Assembly: GCF_964204865.1 (NCBI RefSeq)
Contig: NC_135260.1
Coordinates: forward strand, 12,710,001-12,774,000
Origin: Styela clava
Taxonomy: Eukaryota
DNA: 64,000 nucleotides
Direction of reading: 5' to 3'
This document shows positions 1-12,878 of this stretch, piece by piece. Below the pieces are notes generated by a model that was not told where the DNA came from, searched no databases, and worked only from the letters and a program-made list of their open reading frames with translations. Position numbers and translations under genes: made by a program. Within the stretch, counting starts at the first letter, position 1. Each line of letters starts with the position of its first letter.

Positions 1-1397
1 GTACTTCACTAAAACAGCACGATAAACGGAAATGATTGAATTAAACAGGAAACAAAAATAAACAATTTATCATATCGGTCTCATCATATTGTGAACACAA
101 TTTGATATGTTCTGCAGCAAATTCTGTTGAAGAATGTTGAATGAATATTTGTGTCCATTCGGCTTTTGAAAACTTCTGCACTATTCGTTTTGTGTATATC
201 ATACGATACAGACGTGTAATATATTTTCAGTAATTCACTTCATTTTTACTTATCTTTCTTTCGACCACTAATATATGATTGTGAGACTATAGATAGAAAT
301 ATCAAATGCTTTTTTTATTCAACGTCAATTCCAACATGTAGTTGTTTTGACATGGCTATCTCATAGCACAATCTCGCTCTTTAATCATGTAACTATTACA
401 TAATATACATTTTTTGAGCTATTTCGCGTCGGATTCAAATCAGACATAGAATATACTAATTAATATCAGTTAATGGGACATCTTGATTCAGAGGTTACTT
501 CAATTTAGGTAAGCATCAATCAAATTTCCAGTGAAATAGTTTCAGTGCTGATCTGCCTGTCTTGGCCTGCCACTAATATGTCTCATCGGCCATTGTTGAT
601 TTTAACAATAATATACAATATTGCACAATTATACAATATCGATTCTTTTTTTTTAATAATATATAAATCCAATTTTTTTCAGTTTAGTGTATAAATCTAA
701 AAAAATCAGTTTTATCGCACCATAAGTGCAAGGAACTTCACTGGGACAAAATATGTCTTAGATGGCAGTAAAGTTAATGCAATCAGCGCATGCTTTCCTA
801 GAAAAACTATTTAATTAATGCAAGAAATGTTATACAAGTAATTAATAAAAAATAAGAATAATAAAAACAATTTTAATTATAAATGAAGGATTAAGAAAGA
901 AATCGTTCTCAAACAATTTTTAAACAACTCCATGTTTTGCGTTCAACATCATTCAGAAGTGTGAGTTTGTCGCTCAATCTGTAGAATAATCGAATAATGG
1001 AAATATATTGTTTATATATTGCAAAGTAGAAATGGTAATAGTTCTCATTCATCCAATTTATATAAACCCGTTTTTTTGTAGAAACTTAATTCTGTGCAGA
1101 AAATAATGGTTACTTTTTCTGGTCTATTCTTTGAAATATATTGACTAGTGTTACCATACCAATTCGTAATTTTGAATATGCACTGGATTATTTAGTAACT
1201 GGTATATATAGTCAAACAGAGAACTGAATAAATTTTTATATTACTTTAAAATTGAGCTATTTTGATACCATCCCATTGTCGTACATTACTGAGAAATGTT
1301 GCCAAGTAGTTGATGGAGATGTACAGTTATTTATTTACGAGTCACTTTCATGGTGTATTTTGAAAATGCTTAATATGTCTTATAAGGAAGTCTGTGA

Positions 1398-4300
1398 TTA
1401 CCTGACTTCATTTAGGGTCTTGTGATCTTCAGCTGCTCTTAAAATTGTTATGGCATCCGAATATTTGATTTCTGTATTTCTCAGATCAAGTACTTTCAAC
1501 TTTTGAAATTGCTTCAATGACTCAACAACTTTTCTTATTTCTTTACCAGTTAACGTTGATGAAACTTCGCAACTTATACCTTTATGCAGATGGCATAGAG
1601 ACTTATATTGAATGTGTTTATGAATATACCATTTTTAAATACCATTTAAAATCTATGTTTTATCACCCTGCTTTTTTCACATTATTTCTACTCACCGGAA
1701 AGGTTGAGTTCAATCAAGGTTTCTCTGACATTGGTACCTAGAGTTTGAAAAAAGTGAATTTCAACAAAAAAGCCATACTATTTACTTCAATATTTTTACA
1801 TAGCAATTAATACCTTGCAAATCGGCAATGTAGTTCAACGCATCGCAGCCCAATAAATTTTCCCCAACGCTCAGGACTTCCAGTTGTAATAAATATGAGA
1901 TATTACATCGTAAAGCGGAGAATCCAGCCTCTCCCATTTCGACGTAGTCAAGCCGTAGATCTCGCAACCTACGCAAGTTACGTAAATGTGAGGAAAATAC
2001 ACACACAACTCGATTACGAAGAAAATTTTGACTCAAATCAAGTTTCTGCAACGCCTTTAGATGACCTAATGATTCCGCAAAAGACAACAGAGACACTTGG
2101 TGATCAATATGATTAGCTCGTAGATTTAATGAGGTCAGAGTTCGTTCCAGACGAGATGACTTCACGCAGACGGTGAGAGCCGCGAGACTAGTTGGAGAGA
2201 GGCAGCATTGTCCGAGTTGAAGCTCCTGAACAAAGTATTCAAAATTGCTGCTATTTATTTCTCAATATGAATGGTAGTGCATAGTAACACTTGTAGAACT
2301 TACCTGCAGGCATCGAAATTCGTTGAAGGGTTCCTGAAAGTATTTCAATCCTCCATAAAGAGGATTATGAGAAAGATTCAGGCTGTCTAAGAACGGTGAT
2401 CGTGCAAGGTGCTGAGAGAAGAAATGGCATCGATTTTCCGTTATGTTTGATCCACACAAGTTGATATTTTTGATTGGAATTAGACATTTGGTATTGGGAT
2501 AAAAAGATAAAAAATGTTGATATGAGAGTGGCTCAATGTTGAACGATTCCAAAAATTGAAAGTTTTCAAGAACTGGCCGAAGTGCTTCATATGTTGGCAC
2601 CTGAATGCGATCAAAATGAGTTGCACATTTGAAAATAAAGGTTAGTGAATGAAGAGGTGATAGCATGTTTTGAGATATAGATTGCAGACCAGAGCAAATA
2701 GTCCTGAAATCGTTTTCGGTGATTGCTTCGATGCCCGTCAAAGTGATGTCATATAAAAATGGCAAGTTGCGAATGACCGCAGATACGAAGATCACTTGAT
2801 TAGTTTTGATGCCCGAAATGTGCAAACGCTTGATGAACGCTGTTGTTCGAATATTTGTAACACCAGTTAAAAGTGGAAATACAGTGCCGGATCGCGTTAG
2901 AGGAGGTCTACATGTACTTGTGAACTTCAGTATTGATTGCTTAGTTCTTGATGTCAGTTTATGAGGGTCCAGAATCTTTAAACTAGCAGTAATTAAATCT
3001 GAATTTTCGTAATCTTCTTTGAAATAGGTATTCACTTCATTGTTATTTTCTATATCATTTTGATTCTCGAATGACGAAGTTAAACTCCGATAGCCACTGC
3101 TCTGGTACGAAATTGAAGATACATATACGCATTGCATACACAGATTTAGTATAAAAGTGTCCTGGTCGATTCGTTTTTCAGTTGAAGCAGCTGAATGAAA
3201 ATAAAATCCAAATATTAGCGTAACGAATTCAAAATTATATCAATTGGAATACCTTGATGCTATTTTGTAAATTCAGACAACATGTATTTTTATAGCCAGC
3301 TTTTGTCATTGCCTATTTATGATAATATAATTGATTGATATTCAGCTTCGAAATTGTGTACAATCCATAGCACTGATTATATTGATTTATGCATGAAAGA
3401 AAGGTATGAATGCAAATAAGTAATTTCTCACCTAATTCACACAAAGTATCAAGTATACTTTCCGCAGCCTCGGATAGTATTTCGCAACAGAATAGCAGAA
3501 AATTGCGTAATCGAATTACATCCGAAATTTTATTGGCATATTTCGTTATCTCAGAAATTGGAAGCGAATCACAAAATACCCTAAAATTTTAATAAACAGT
3601 GAACAAATAGTAAATTATGGGAATGCAATACGATTCCCCAAATCGAAAGTGCCGTTATCGTTAGATATCACACTTGATATTTTCAAAAGTTCCTGGTAAG
3701 ATCTGTTGTTCTTCCCTACACAAAATCTCCCCCATAAACTTTGTTCAATCAATTGTGATTAAAATAAAAATTGCATCTTGAATATGATCACCTGATTGAA
3801 CAAATTGTTCAATGTATTGTTCCAACAAACTGAAAAAAAAAACAGCAACAATTTGGCTGACATAACGGGCCCCGGAGGCAGAATAAAATTTAAAGAAAAT
3901 CCAATGTTCCCTTCGTGCCCAATACATCTGCTTATTAATTTGATTTTCACAACAGCGAAAAATTCACAGCAACAAAAAAAAAATCTGGAAGAATGATCGT
4001 GCGTACCTTGCTGAAAAGTAATCTTGGAGTAATTTGTGAGAAAAAAATACTGTTGATTTATTTTCATTTTCTTCTGCCACTAATAAAATTCCAGATCTCA
4101 GAAGCGAATTTACTTGTTGATCCTGGGGATAATGTAATGTGAAAAAGGAGGTCTCGTTTAATAACGTTTCCTCTCGAACTTCGGTTTCGAATTCAGTCAG
4201 TTGGTCTGTTCGATAAGAGGAGAAATATCTGCAAACGAATAGCACAAAAGTGATTTAATTTGTATTCTGATATAACAATTATAGATTTAAAGTAAAATTG

Positions 4301-7300
4301 TTGAATACTTTTATTAATAATTATATGTATCTAAAAGTGTTTACGAATTTTAATGTTATTGTGGTTAATCGATGGAATTGTACCTTACACACTTTCACAA
4401 ATCACTTCTTTATTGAAACGGTATTACAACCTTTTACTAAGTGGGTAAATGCGTATGCCTAATTTGCACCCACCTATTGAACATTCTTACATATTTTACC
4501 TTGAAAACAAATTCTCCATTATTTTTGAAGTTGTCTCTGGCATCCATATTGTTTGTCTTTCACCTATAACGTATTTTTGATATTAATTATTGAGTATTGT
4601 TTTTATGCATATTTTCAAAATAAAATAAAAACAACTCTCACCCAAATATTCTGATAAAGACATCCAACCTTCTAACAAAATGGAAACCAACAATGGACTC
4701 GATCCTTCTCCATCATAAATATCTCGTTGGTTGATTCTTATTAAATTAGTAACATGTCTAGCTGCAGAGATAGCTCCCGTGTTTGTTTTTCTGCTTTTGA
4801 ACAATCTACCAGATTCTTCAACTACGTCATTGCTAGTAAAACCAACGACGTGAAATATTTGCCACGACACTCGTGACTCCGAGATGCATCCTGGAAAAGT
4901 GTCATCACTCTTGTAAGCATAATCTGTCGCTGTGAGAACAATACCACATTCCGACCATTGATTTCCTTTTATGACGTCAATTATTTCTGATGTTTCGTCA
5001 CACATTTTTAAACAGTCGGCATTGTCCATGAGAAACAATACGCCTCGCCCGTTACGTGTATTGAAAAGGTTTTCAATGTCGTCCACGTGCAGTTCGGACC
5101 CTGTGATAATATTGAAAAAATTAAAAACTGTCTCTAAATTATAAAAACATCTTATTAAAAAAATTGGGGGTAAATTATCGTTTACATTTTAATTTATCAA
5201 GTGTGTACCTATATAAAATAAAAATTTGGGTTATACAAAATTAAACATAAAATTTGCTGTTATAACGAATCTTAATATTTCGCAAAATATTTTCGTATAT
5301 ATAAATATGATACATATGTCTGAAGGAATGAAACTTTCACATTAAGCATAGAATAGGATAAGCTCATGTTAGAACATTAGCCTTTGATATATATATATAT
5401 ATATATATATTCATAATTCAGGGAATACAATTTCAGATTTCAATTGAATTTTGTAAGGGTTTTAACATTAGAGTTTACATTTATCCTCCTGCTTTATTCA
5501 AATATTGCGCCAATCCTACCTTCATCATCCAAACATAACACCTTAATGCAATCCGATATTCTTGTATACGGTTTTTCAAGTTGTATTTTTGTTAAATCGA
5601 TGTAAAATATCAAGTCATAGTTTTGAAGCCTTGGACTGTTTCTTGTTGCACACTCATAAGCTATTTTGTGCAGAGTGGTCGATTTTCCATAAGAACGAAT
5701 TCCGCGCAGCAAAATGCGAACTGGATCTTTATTACTGTTTGGGAACATGTTCGTCCAATTGTTTAATGTTTCATGCTTTCCTGTAATTTATTAGAAGAAT
5801 TCTTACTAGCATTTCCACAAAATGAAAAAAATTGTGAGTTATTTTCATATTTTTTTAAACATGATAAACTTAAGTATTTCATAAACAAATATTTGAAAGT
5901 TCATATTAAGCATGATTTAATGTTGGACGACTGCATCGCGAATTAAAAGACTCTGTCGATTGGTCGGTGACCGATGTAAACTAACGAAACGTCTTTAACA
6001 TGCGACTAGTTGAACCTACCCAACATGAAATATGTTTGTTTTGAAATTGAAATCTAGCAAACTTTAAAGCTCATGAGCACATATTAGCATATTTATAAAA
6101 TTGCTAAATATTTATTAGCAGAACAGCTAAATTCTGATTTCTGATTCACGCTCGAAAATCACTCTTTTTGATATTAAAAAATGTTAAAAACTAAAATTAG
6201 TTTTTATTAGAATGGACATTATTATGTTTACTTTATGCGTTCAAATTAACTACTTTATTGATATACGATAACTTTGTTGCAAAAAAAACGAATAAATTTG
6301 GGATTTACTCGAATCACCAAGACGAACTCGAATTCGAACATTGTCCATTTTTCTTTTACAGCGTTCTTTCCAAGGAAATGATAGAATGTATTTGAAACTG
6401 TTTATGACCTTTCTCTTCCAGCCCTCCCTCAGTGAGGTTGTAAAAGTAGATTCTGGTTTTAAGTCTCGAAAACAAAATTCAAATTATTTTAAAATATAGG
6501 AATACCTAAAAATATCTTTAAGGGTTATAATTCTGCTCAATATAAATATCTTTCAAATCAACTGTGATATACTTACAGCCAAAAAGTTTTTTCATATCAC
6601 AAACTATATTCTTTGTGTATTGGCGGGTAACATGAAATGATATATACATTCAGTATTATTTTCTGTAAATCAGTAGAATAGGCATAAAAATAATGCCGTT
6701 CAAATATATCTAAATATCTTGTCAGCAGAAGTAAAACAGCACGGTCATCTATAATAAATTACCGTAAACAAAATAATATTTATCATAATGACAAAGATTC
6801 AGACAAGGTAATGTTATGATATCAAGCTAGTTTTTATCAGCAAAATCACGATATGTGAGAGAAAAAACCTGGAATGTAAATTCTGTCATCAATAGACGAA
6901 TAAATGCTTTTCTCTGTCGTTGTTAATTTTGTTTTATTCTTGTTTTTATCAGTTTCGTTTATGCCTGACAACGAAATTCCGTCAATCTGATGACTGTGAT
7001 CACCTGAAATTGTATATTTCATTGTGTTAGTAGAAAGATAGTAAGAGTTGTTCATGCCTGGTGTAATAATATTATGAAATATTAGTAAGGTTCTAAATCA
7101 AAAGAAAGTAAATTGTTTTCCATTTTGATAATTGGCATCGTGGGATCATTCCATAAGCAATTGTTGTAGGGGGGTTGGGGGCATTCATTTACGCGAGAAC
7201 TATTTTGAATGAATACGATTTTATCATATATATTGCGCGCCTATTGCTGGTTGTACATCACTAGATCCTAGGAAACAAAGCGATATGGTCGCTTTATTGA

Positions 7301-10217
7301 ACCCCTAATTACATTGTTAAACACATACTCCCATTATGTTCGATTTTTTGAACCATTCATTTGCCTAAGGTTTTGCCAATTATTCTTACCATTTATCATT
7401 TCTTTCCATTGTTTATCATGAACCAAATGCCAATGAAGAATCTTTGCTGGAGATTCGGAAATCTTTAGATAATCACGGTGGCTAACATCATTTGCTTTGT
7501 GCGTGAGTACTCTTTTATCCTCACCACACTGCTCTATGTCGTTTATTCTACTTACATCCAAGTTTTTCATTTGACCAAAACATGAAATGAAATCCTTCCA
7601 TGCATCTCCAGTGTCTTGAAACTGAGATATGTAAGTAATATCATTTTTGAGGGATGTTAATTTGTTAATTTGAAAAAAAAAATCAACCGGAAATCCAGTT
7701 TTGATTCTTTTGAAATTGTTATTGTCAATGTACCAAAGGCAAAACATTACAACAAAAGTCTTTCGCTACTTCAACTTTTGTGTTAATCGGTATTTAAACG
7801 TAGTTTCTGGCTGTAATTTTTGAAAGCGTCTGTATCGCTTGAATCCAGAGATCACCTCCTTTGCCTTTACGTTCACTGTTTAAATTAATATTTTGTAGCA
7901 GCCATTCCTGATTCAAAACAACTAAATAGCCACAAAATTAATAAAGGATTAGAAAGAAAAGATTCACAAGATAGTTCAAAAGTCGTGGCTACCGCTACTT
8001 GCTCTACTTTGAACAATTCATTTACAAGCCAAGCAAACCAATGACAATGTGACAATTGTCATTCATGATCCATGCTAAAAAATACATCCAATTCGACTTG
8101 AAAAACTTTTATTATACTCACTTTAGATATTTTATCATTAAAATTTCTCTTCATAACCAAATATGTTGCGTTTCGTTGTTCCATTGGTAGGGTTTGCCAC
8201 CTCATAACTGCAACGAGGTCTAACGTTTTTCGTTTTTTGGTAACAGATTCATTTTCTTCGTAGGTAATAACGTCTTGTTTCCATCTCCTGGCAGACATTT
8301 TGAATCCGCGCAGCCTTTCTATGATCTTCGTGGCGTAGGCCAAGGAAGCATCAAAGGATTCCTTGTTTATTTCGTATTTGTGGACTATGTCTGAACACAA
8401 ATGTTATACAGACGAAATTTTACTTCGTCTATTTGTAATTGAACTCGGTATTTCTGATACATGAGGAAACCGAAAAGAGACAGCCGCGGAGCGAACCGAC
8501 AACAACGGTGTTTTTTTGGAATAAGTTTGAAGACATTGCTATTTGCTTGGCTTTACATCACTACTGATATTGGTTCTTTCATTTATCCTATGGCATATAT
8601 GCTGCTCGTGCGCTATAAACTTCAATAAAATATGGCTTTGGAAGGGCCCCAGAATAAACTAAAGGTGAACCAAATATTTACGTGTCCCCTGCGTTACTGA
8701 TACAATTGACAGATTCAGAGAATACGAATCTTGGCCTCATCTCAATATAACTGTGAATTTGATGATTATATGTAATATTTCAAAGTCCAAATGTTGATAT
8801 TTGATCTATGAGTACTCACTTTGCATTCGAACTTTAAATCTGAATAATCTGATGATGTCAAATAGTGGTGCTGTTTGGTGGACTTGGGGCTCCTCATCCC
8901 ACCATTTCCACGTAGCATGCTTGATTTTGCAAAGAAATCTAGATTATAAAATGGTAATAGAATACTTAATCGGTTTCTCGGCTTAATAGTGTACCATCTT
9001 GCATATATGAATCCAATGGTTTGTGGTTTAAAGAATTGATATGTTTACTGTGTTAGACATACGAGACTCGGAATGATTATCCAACAGTGCCAACAAATTT
9101 ACTCTATCAGGCCATACCATCGACGTTTAAAGATCAGTGAATGAATTATGTAACGTACTGTGCCAAAAAGAGAGGTTGAGTCCCGTATGCATATTTTTCT
9201 ATTCAATCTATGATATTTTGCATCACTTTGTTCATCGAATAGTAAACATTATCTGACTCAATTTCTCACGCTTGACAACATTACACTAATTGTATGTCAC
9301 AAGGGAAGGTAATTGAAGTGTAATTTACCTTATGAGGATAAATATGAGCGAAATTTCCATATTTTCTTCATCAATTTCCACGTCGTAAGAAGGGTATAGC
9401 AGGTCAAACATTTCGTGTCCAAAATATTGTTCGTCGAAGTTTTCATCAACAGTTTGTAGCAAAGATTGGAAAGATTTTTGATTTACTGCAAGTAACTATC
9501 CAGCAAATTATTAATTTTATTAAAGCAACCCAATTTTTAATGCCACTTCGGTAAGCAATCTTAGCGCCTTAAAACTGCTTTGGTATGTTATCTCACTTGC
9601 TTAGCGTAATCTCAATCGCATAATGAATTTTTTACAGAATTCAAGTCCTCACCATGTCGTCGTTCGGTTTGGATTAATACTGAAATAACTGAGATCACAC
9701 ACCGCCGAGATCGCTGTCCAAAATGACACTCAATTTTAATTTGTTTATGTGCCGGAATTACAGACAATCAAAACAATTACATAATTTACTTAAAACCAGT
9801 ACTCATCACTGAAATTTTCTAAAGTTCTAGAAACGTGAAACATTCCTTATCTTGGTGTACTACGTTATATTATAGTCGGCAAACAATGAAAAGCGTTGTT
9901 GACTGCCATACGCCTAGAGCGCCAGCCTCGCAAATATTATAACATATTGATTTTAATATTGAAACATTTTTTTAAAATTCTGCTTCGAATAAATTTCTAT
10001 ACAAAGACCTATCTTGTATTTTGAATTATTCTAATTAGCTCGCTTCTCCACACAACTCCGAATATGTTACCTGAGCGAGGTCCGGCTTTTCGTCAATTCG
10101 TCTAGGTAGATTATCCATGAGAAACCATCTCATAACATCGGTACCTTCATTGAGCAATAATCCGGACAATCTTGCCGCATATTCTAATTTTTCGGCATCT
10201 TCTTGCGCTGACGGCAT
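1398..10217 (-). CDS. NLR-like protein, ~1360 aa: DZIP3-like HEPN, possible death fold, NACHT NTPase, WHD, LRR
   Basis: Hand-spliced exons, all GT-AG and phase-compatible: 10217-10071, 9495-9329, 8938-8820, 8390-8122, 7621-7390, 7003-6869, 6452-6318, 5780-5520, 5100-4642, 4563-4500, 4228-4007, 3927-3792, 3738-3674, 3580-3432, 3190-2304, 2225-1814, 1737-1696, 1579-1398 (4083 nt). Motifs: Walker A RILLRGIRSYGKST, LIFYIDL, Walker B VLFLMDNADC, SSPLLVSIL, WHD FFSHKLLQDYFSAR, RI-like LRRs (LTSLNLRANHI, LQKLDLSQNFL, LEVLSVGENLL). The 3' end is uncertain because the TAA at 1400-1398 overlaps a possible donor site. Confidence 0.88.
5388..5409. repeat. (TA)n microsatellite in an NLR intron
   Basis: Run of TATATA... 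seen directly. Confidence 0.9.
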
Positions 10218-12332
10218 TTCAATCCAAAATAATTTTCAGCTTGAACTCAGAATATAGTTATAATATCTTATTGTAAGAATGCAAACCAACTGATATATTC
10301 ATACTTTACTTTCGTGCAGAAAAGAAACATTCTTGGTAATATGAAGTTATATACAGGTTTACCAAATATATCTCGGTTCTTTACGATTTTATTCAAGTCG
10401 TTGATTTAATATTTACAATTTGAAATTGTCTTACGTCAAGTACGAGCCAATAAACACACAGACACTTTCCACTTTACCTTGTAAGTGTACCGTCACGGTA
10501 ACGAAAAACGACTGCTCATAAAATTTAATAATTCATGTAATAACCACACTTTATCACATATATCACGTGTTTTTTACTGCAAACATGTTTGATATTAGGA
10601 TAATTCTGAGTCAGTCACTTTTGTCCCCTAAGTGTATTTAATCGTCCTTAACAATAGGCCACGATGGGCTAGCAACAAAAGCTCAAGCACTCGCTGACAA
10701 CATCGCTCGGGCGAATATGTGTGGTGTAATTTTCCGTGGCAAAAGGCTAAGTAATTCAACACTCTTTGTATTTGTTACCATACACCAGTCTTAAACAAGT
10801 TACACAAATCTTTACTATGGAAAATGAGGCGCACAATAAATTGATAGATAATTTTCTTGACATATTTAATCCATTCTGAATATTCTTTCTCTAAATTTTG
10901 GACTTATTTTGACATTCAATATGTCTTATATAAGTCGAGGAATTATGCTATGTATTTGGCAACAATTTGCCATAATATCATTCTCACAGAAATATACCGT
11001 GATATCAAAATATGATTTGCCATTCCGAAAATAGGACATTTCTTTCAAAATCTATGGCACTGGGAATACGAAATCCAAGATTTTTTATCAGTTCATTTTT
11101 CTTAAAGTTGACTCAATTTATTTCAAGAAAAAAAGCTCTCAGTAAATAATTTTTGCTCACTGTTTGAGTACATCTCACTTACAATATCTGGTTTGTTAAG
11201 GTTGAATATAGCTGTTATACACGATTTAAAGCTAAATACGAAATAAACTAAGAAGTCTTGATTTTTGGCATCCTAAACTTTGGCCAATCGAAATTGTTTA
11301 CATTCCTAACGTCGGACGATCTTTGAAGGCACGTACTGTCGTTATATATTTACGGAGGATCTCATAATGCGACTGAACAAACAAAATATCGATTTAGTGA
11401 GTAAAAGTGCTTGGAAGGCTCAGCCTACTTCGTAAGTTCCAGTTTCTCTTTTAATACATGATTGAACAAAGTTTCTTTGGTTGGTTTTGGGCCAATGATT
11501 ACTGAAGCCCCAGACGTTCGATAAACAATTGCCGTGCTATCTAGAATATACATTTATAAAATGTAACTGGCCTAAATGCACTTAATCTGATGAACAGTAG
11601 CGCAAATCAGCTTTCATCTATATTTATCTATATGTTTATTTAGAGAACAATGCGTATGACAACTGACAAGCGTAGCAAATATATTTATTAGCAAACCGCG
11701 AAATATAAACAAGAACGTGCTATTTTAAAATTAATCATACAATAAAATACTCTCAACTAAAGCAGTTTCATTCAAATGAAGACAGACGTACAAGACAGAG
11801 TTCTAGACTGTTGGCGCAAATTTCAACAAGACTTCAATTTAAATGTCCACATAAAGCACTTCTTGATTCAGCAATAAATATGTTGATAGTTTTGTTTGTT
11901 TGCCTCATATAGATTATGACCACAGTATCGCCAACTTATGGGCCTGATCTATATATAATGGTGACTCGGAATGGTCTTTCAAACATGTTTGTAACCCAAA
12001 GTAACGCTAAACTATTCAAACATTGACTGAATCTGCGTGCTTCGTTTTCAGTCTTGCGTCAAGTTGAAAGTCAGTGTTTTATCTCACCGTCTTTATTTTC
12101 GTGTCCAGGGGCTTTATTGTAGCATGTAAATGGATTCATCTTTCAGACTCATTCCCAACATTTTCTCCCTTCTCTATGAATTCATAACACGGACGAAAAG
12201 CTGCCATGTCTTCCAATCCATGGGTATTAATGTTGAATGCGTTCTTTAATTCTATTAAATATTTTTATCAAGTGGAATTCACTTAATTGACCATCACCAA
12301 TGTCTTCGATAATATTGCAATATATCCTTCAC

Positions 12333-12878
12333 CTATTGCAGCGTTTTCTCTACAAGCGAAGCGCTCCTAGCACGAATGTTTCTGAATTTTCTTGCTGCTT
12401 TTTGAGCTCTATTTTCAGGGTTTAGTTTTGGCGGTTCAGCCAGATCGGTTCTAATTTTTGAACCGACGCATGTCATTTCCATTGAACCATATGATTCTGA
12501 CATAGAACGTTTCGACATTACAGGCTGTCCACTTTGCGGACGACCAACGAAAATTCTTGATTTTGACCACGGCTTTTTAAATTCGATAGATCTTTGAATG
12601 GGCATTTCTTTTGCTGAATGCATAAAATCATCAGCATCAATCAGTTGAGCTTTTTCGCCTCTGTTTTTTCTTAGTAAAGCGGTACCTTGGATGCTGGGTT
12701 TACTGGATATCAGAGATTCCTCTGCACTTGCGTCTCCAGATATCCCTGTGTACGAAGATCTTCTGCCTGTGCCAAATGCGCTAATATTGCATGACATCTT
12801 TATTTTGTTACACAATGATCTAGGATCGTTGAATATATTTGTTCTGACTTTTGCGGAATCGTATATTTTTGGCAACAT
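12333..12878 (-). CDS. Uncharacterised 181-aa basic, Ser/Lys/Arg-rich protein (single coding exon)
   Basis: Long ATG-initiated ORF in AT-rich DNA with protein-like composition. An upstream splice acceptor (ttttaag|G at ~12987) suggests a 5' UTR intron. No recognisable domain. Confidence 0.6.
   Translation of the reverse strand: MLPKIYDSAKVRTNIFNDPRSLCNKIKMSCNISAFGTGRRSSYTGISGDASAEESLISSKPSIQGTALLRKNRGEKAQLIDADDFMHSAKEMPIQRSIEFKKPWSKSRIFVGRPQSGQPVMSKRSMSESYGSMEMTCVGSKIRTDLAEPPKLNPENRAQKAARKFRNIRARSASLVEKTLQ

Noticed and set aside
1045-1345. Additional 3' exons of the NLR
   Set aside because: Candidate acceptors and donors exist but no unique phase-consistent extension was found, so the model was ended at the in-frame TAA at 1398.
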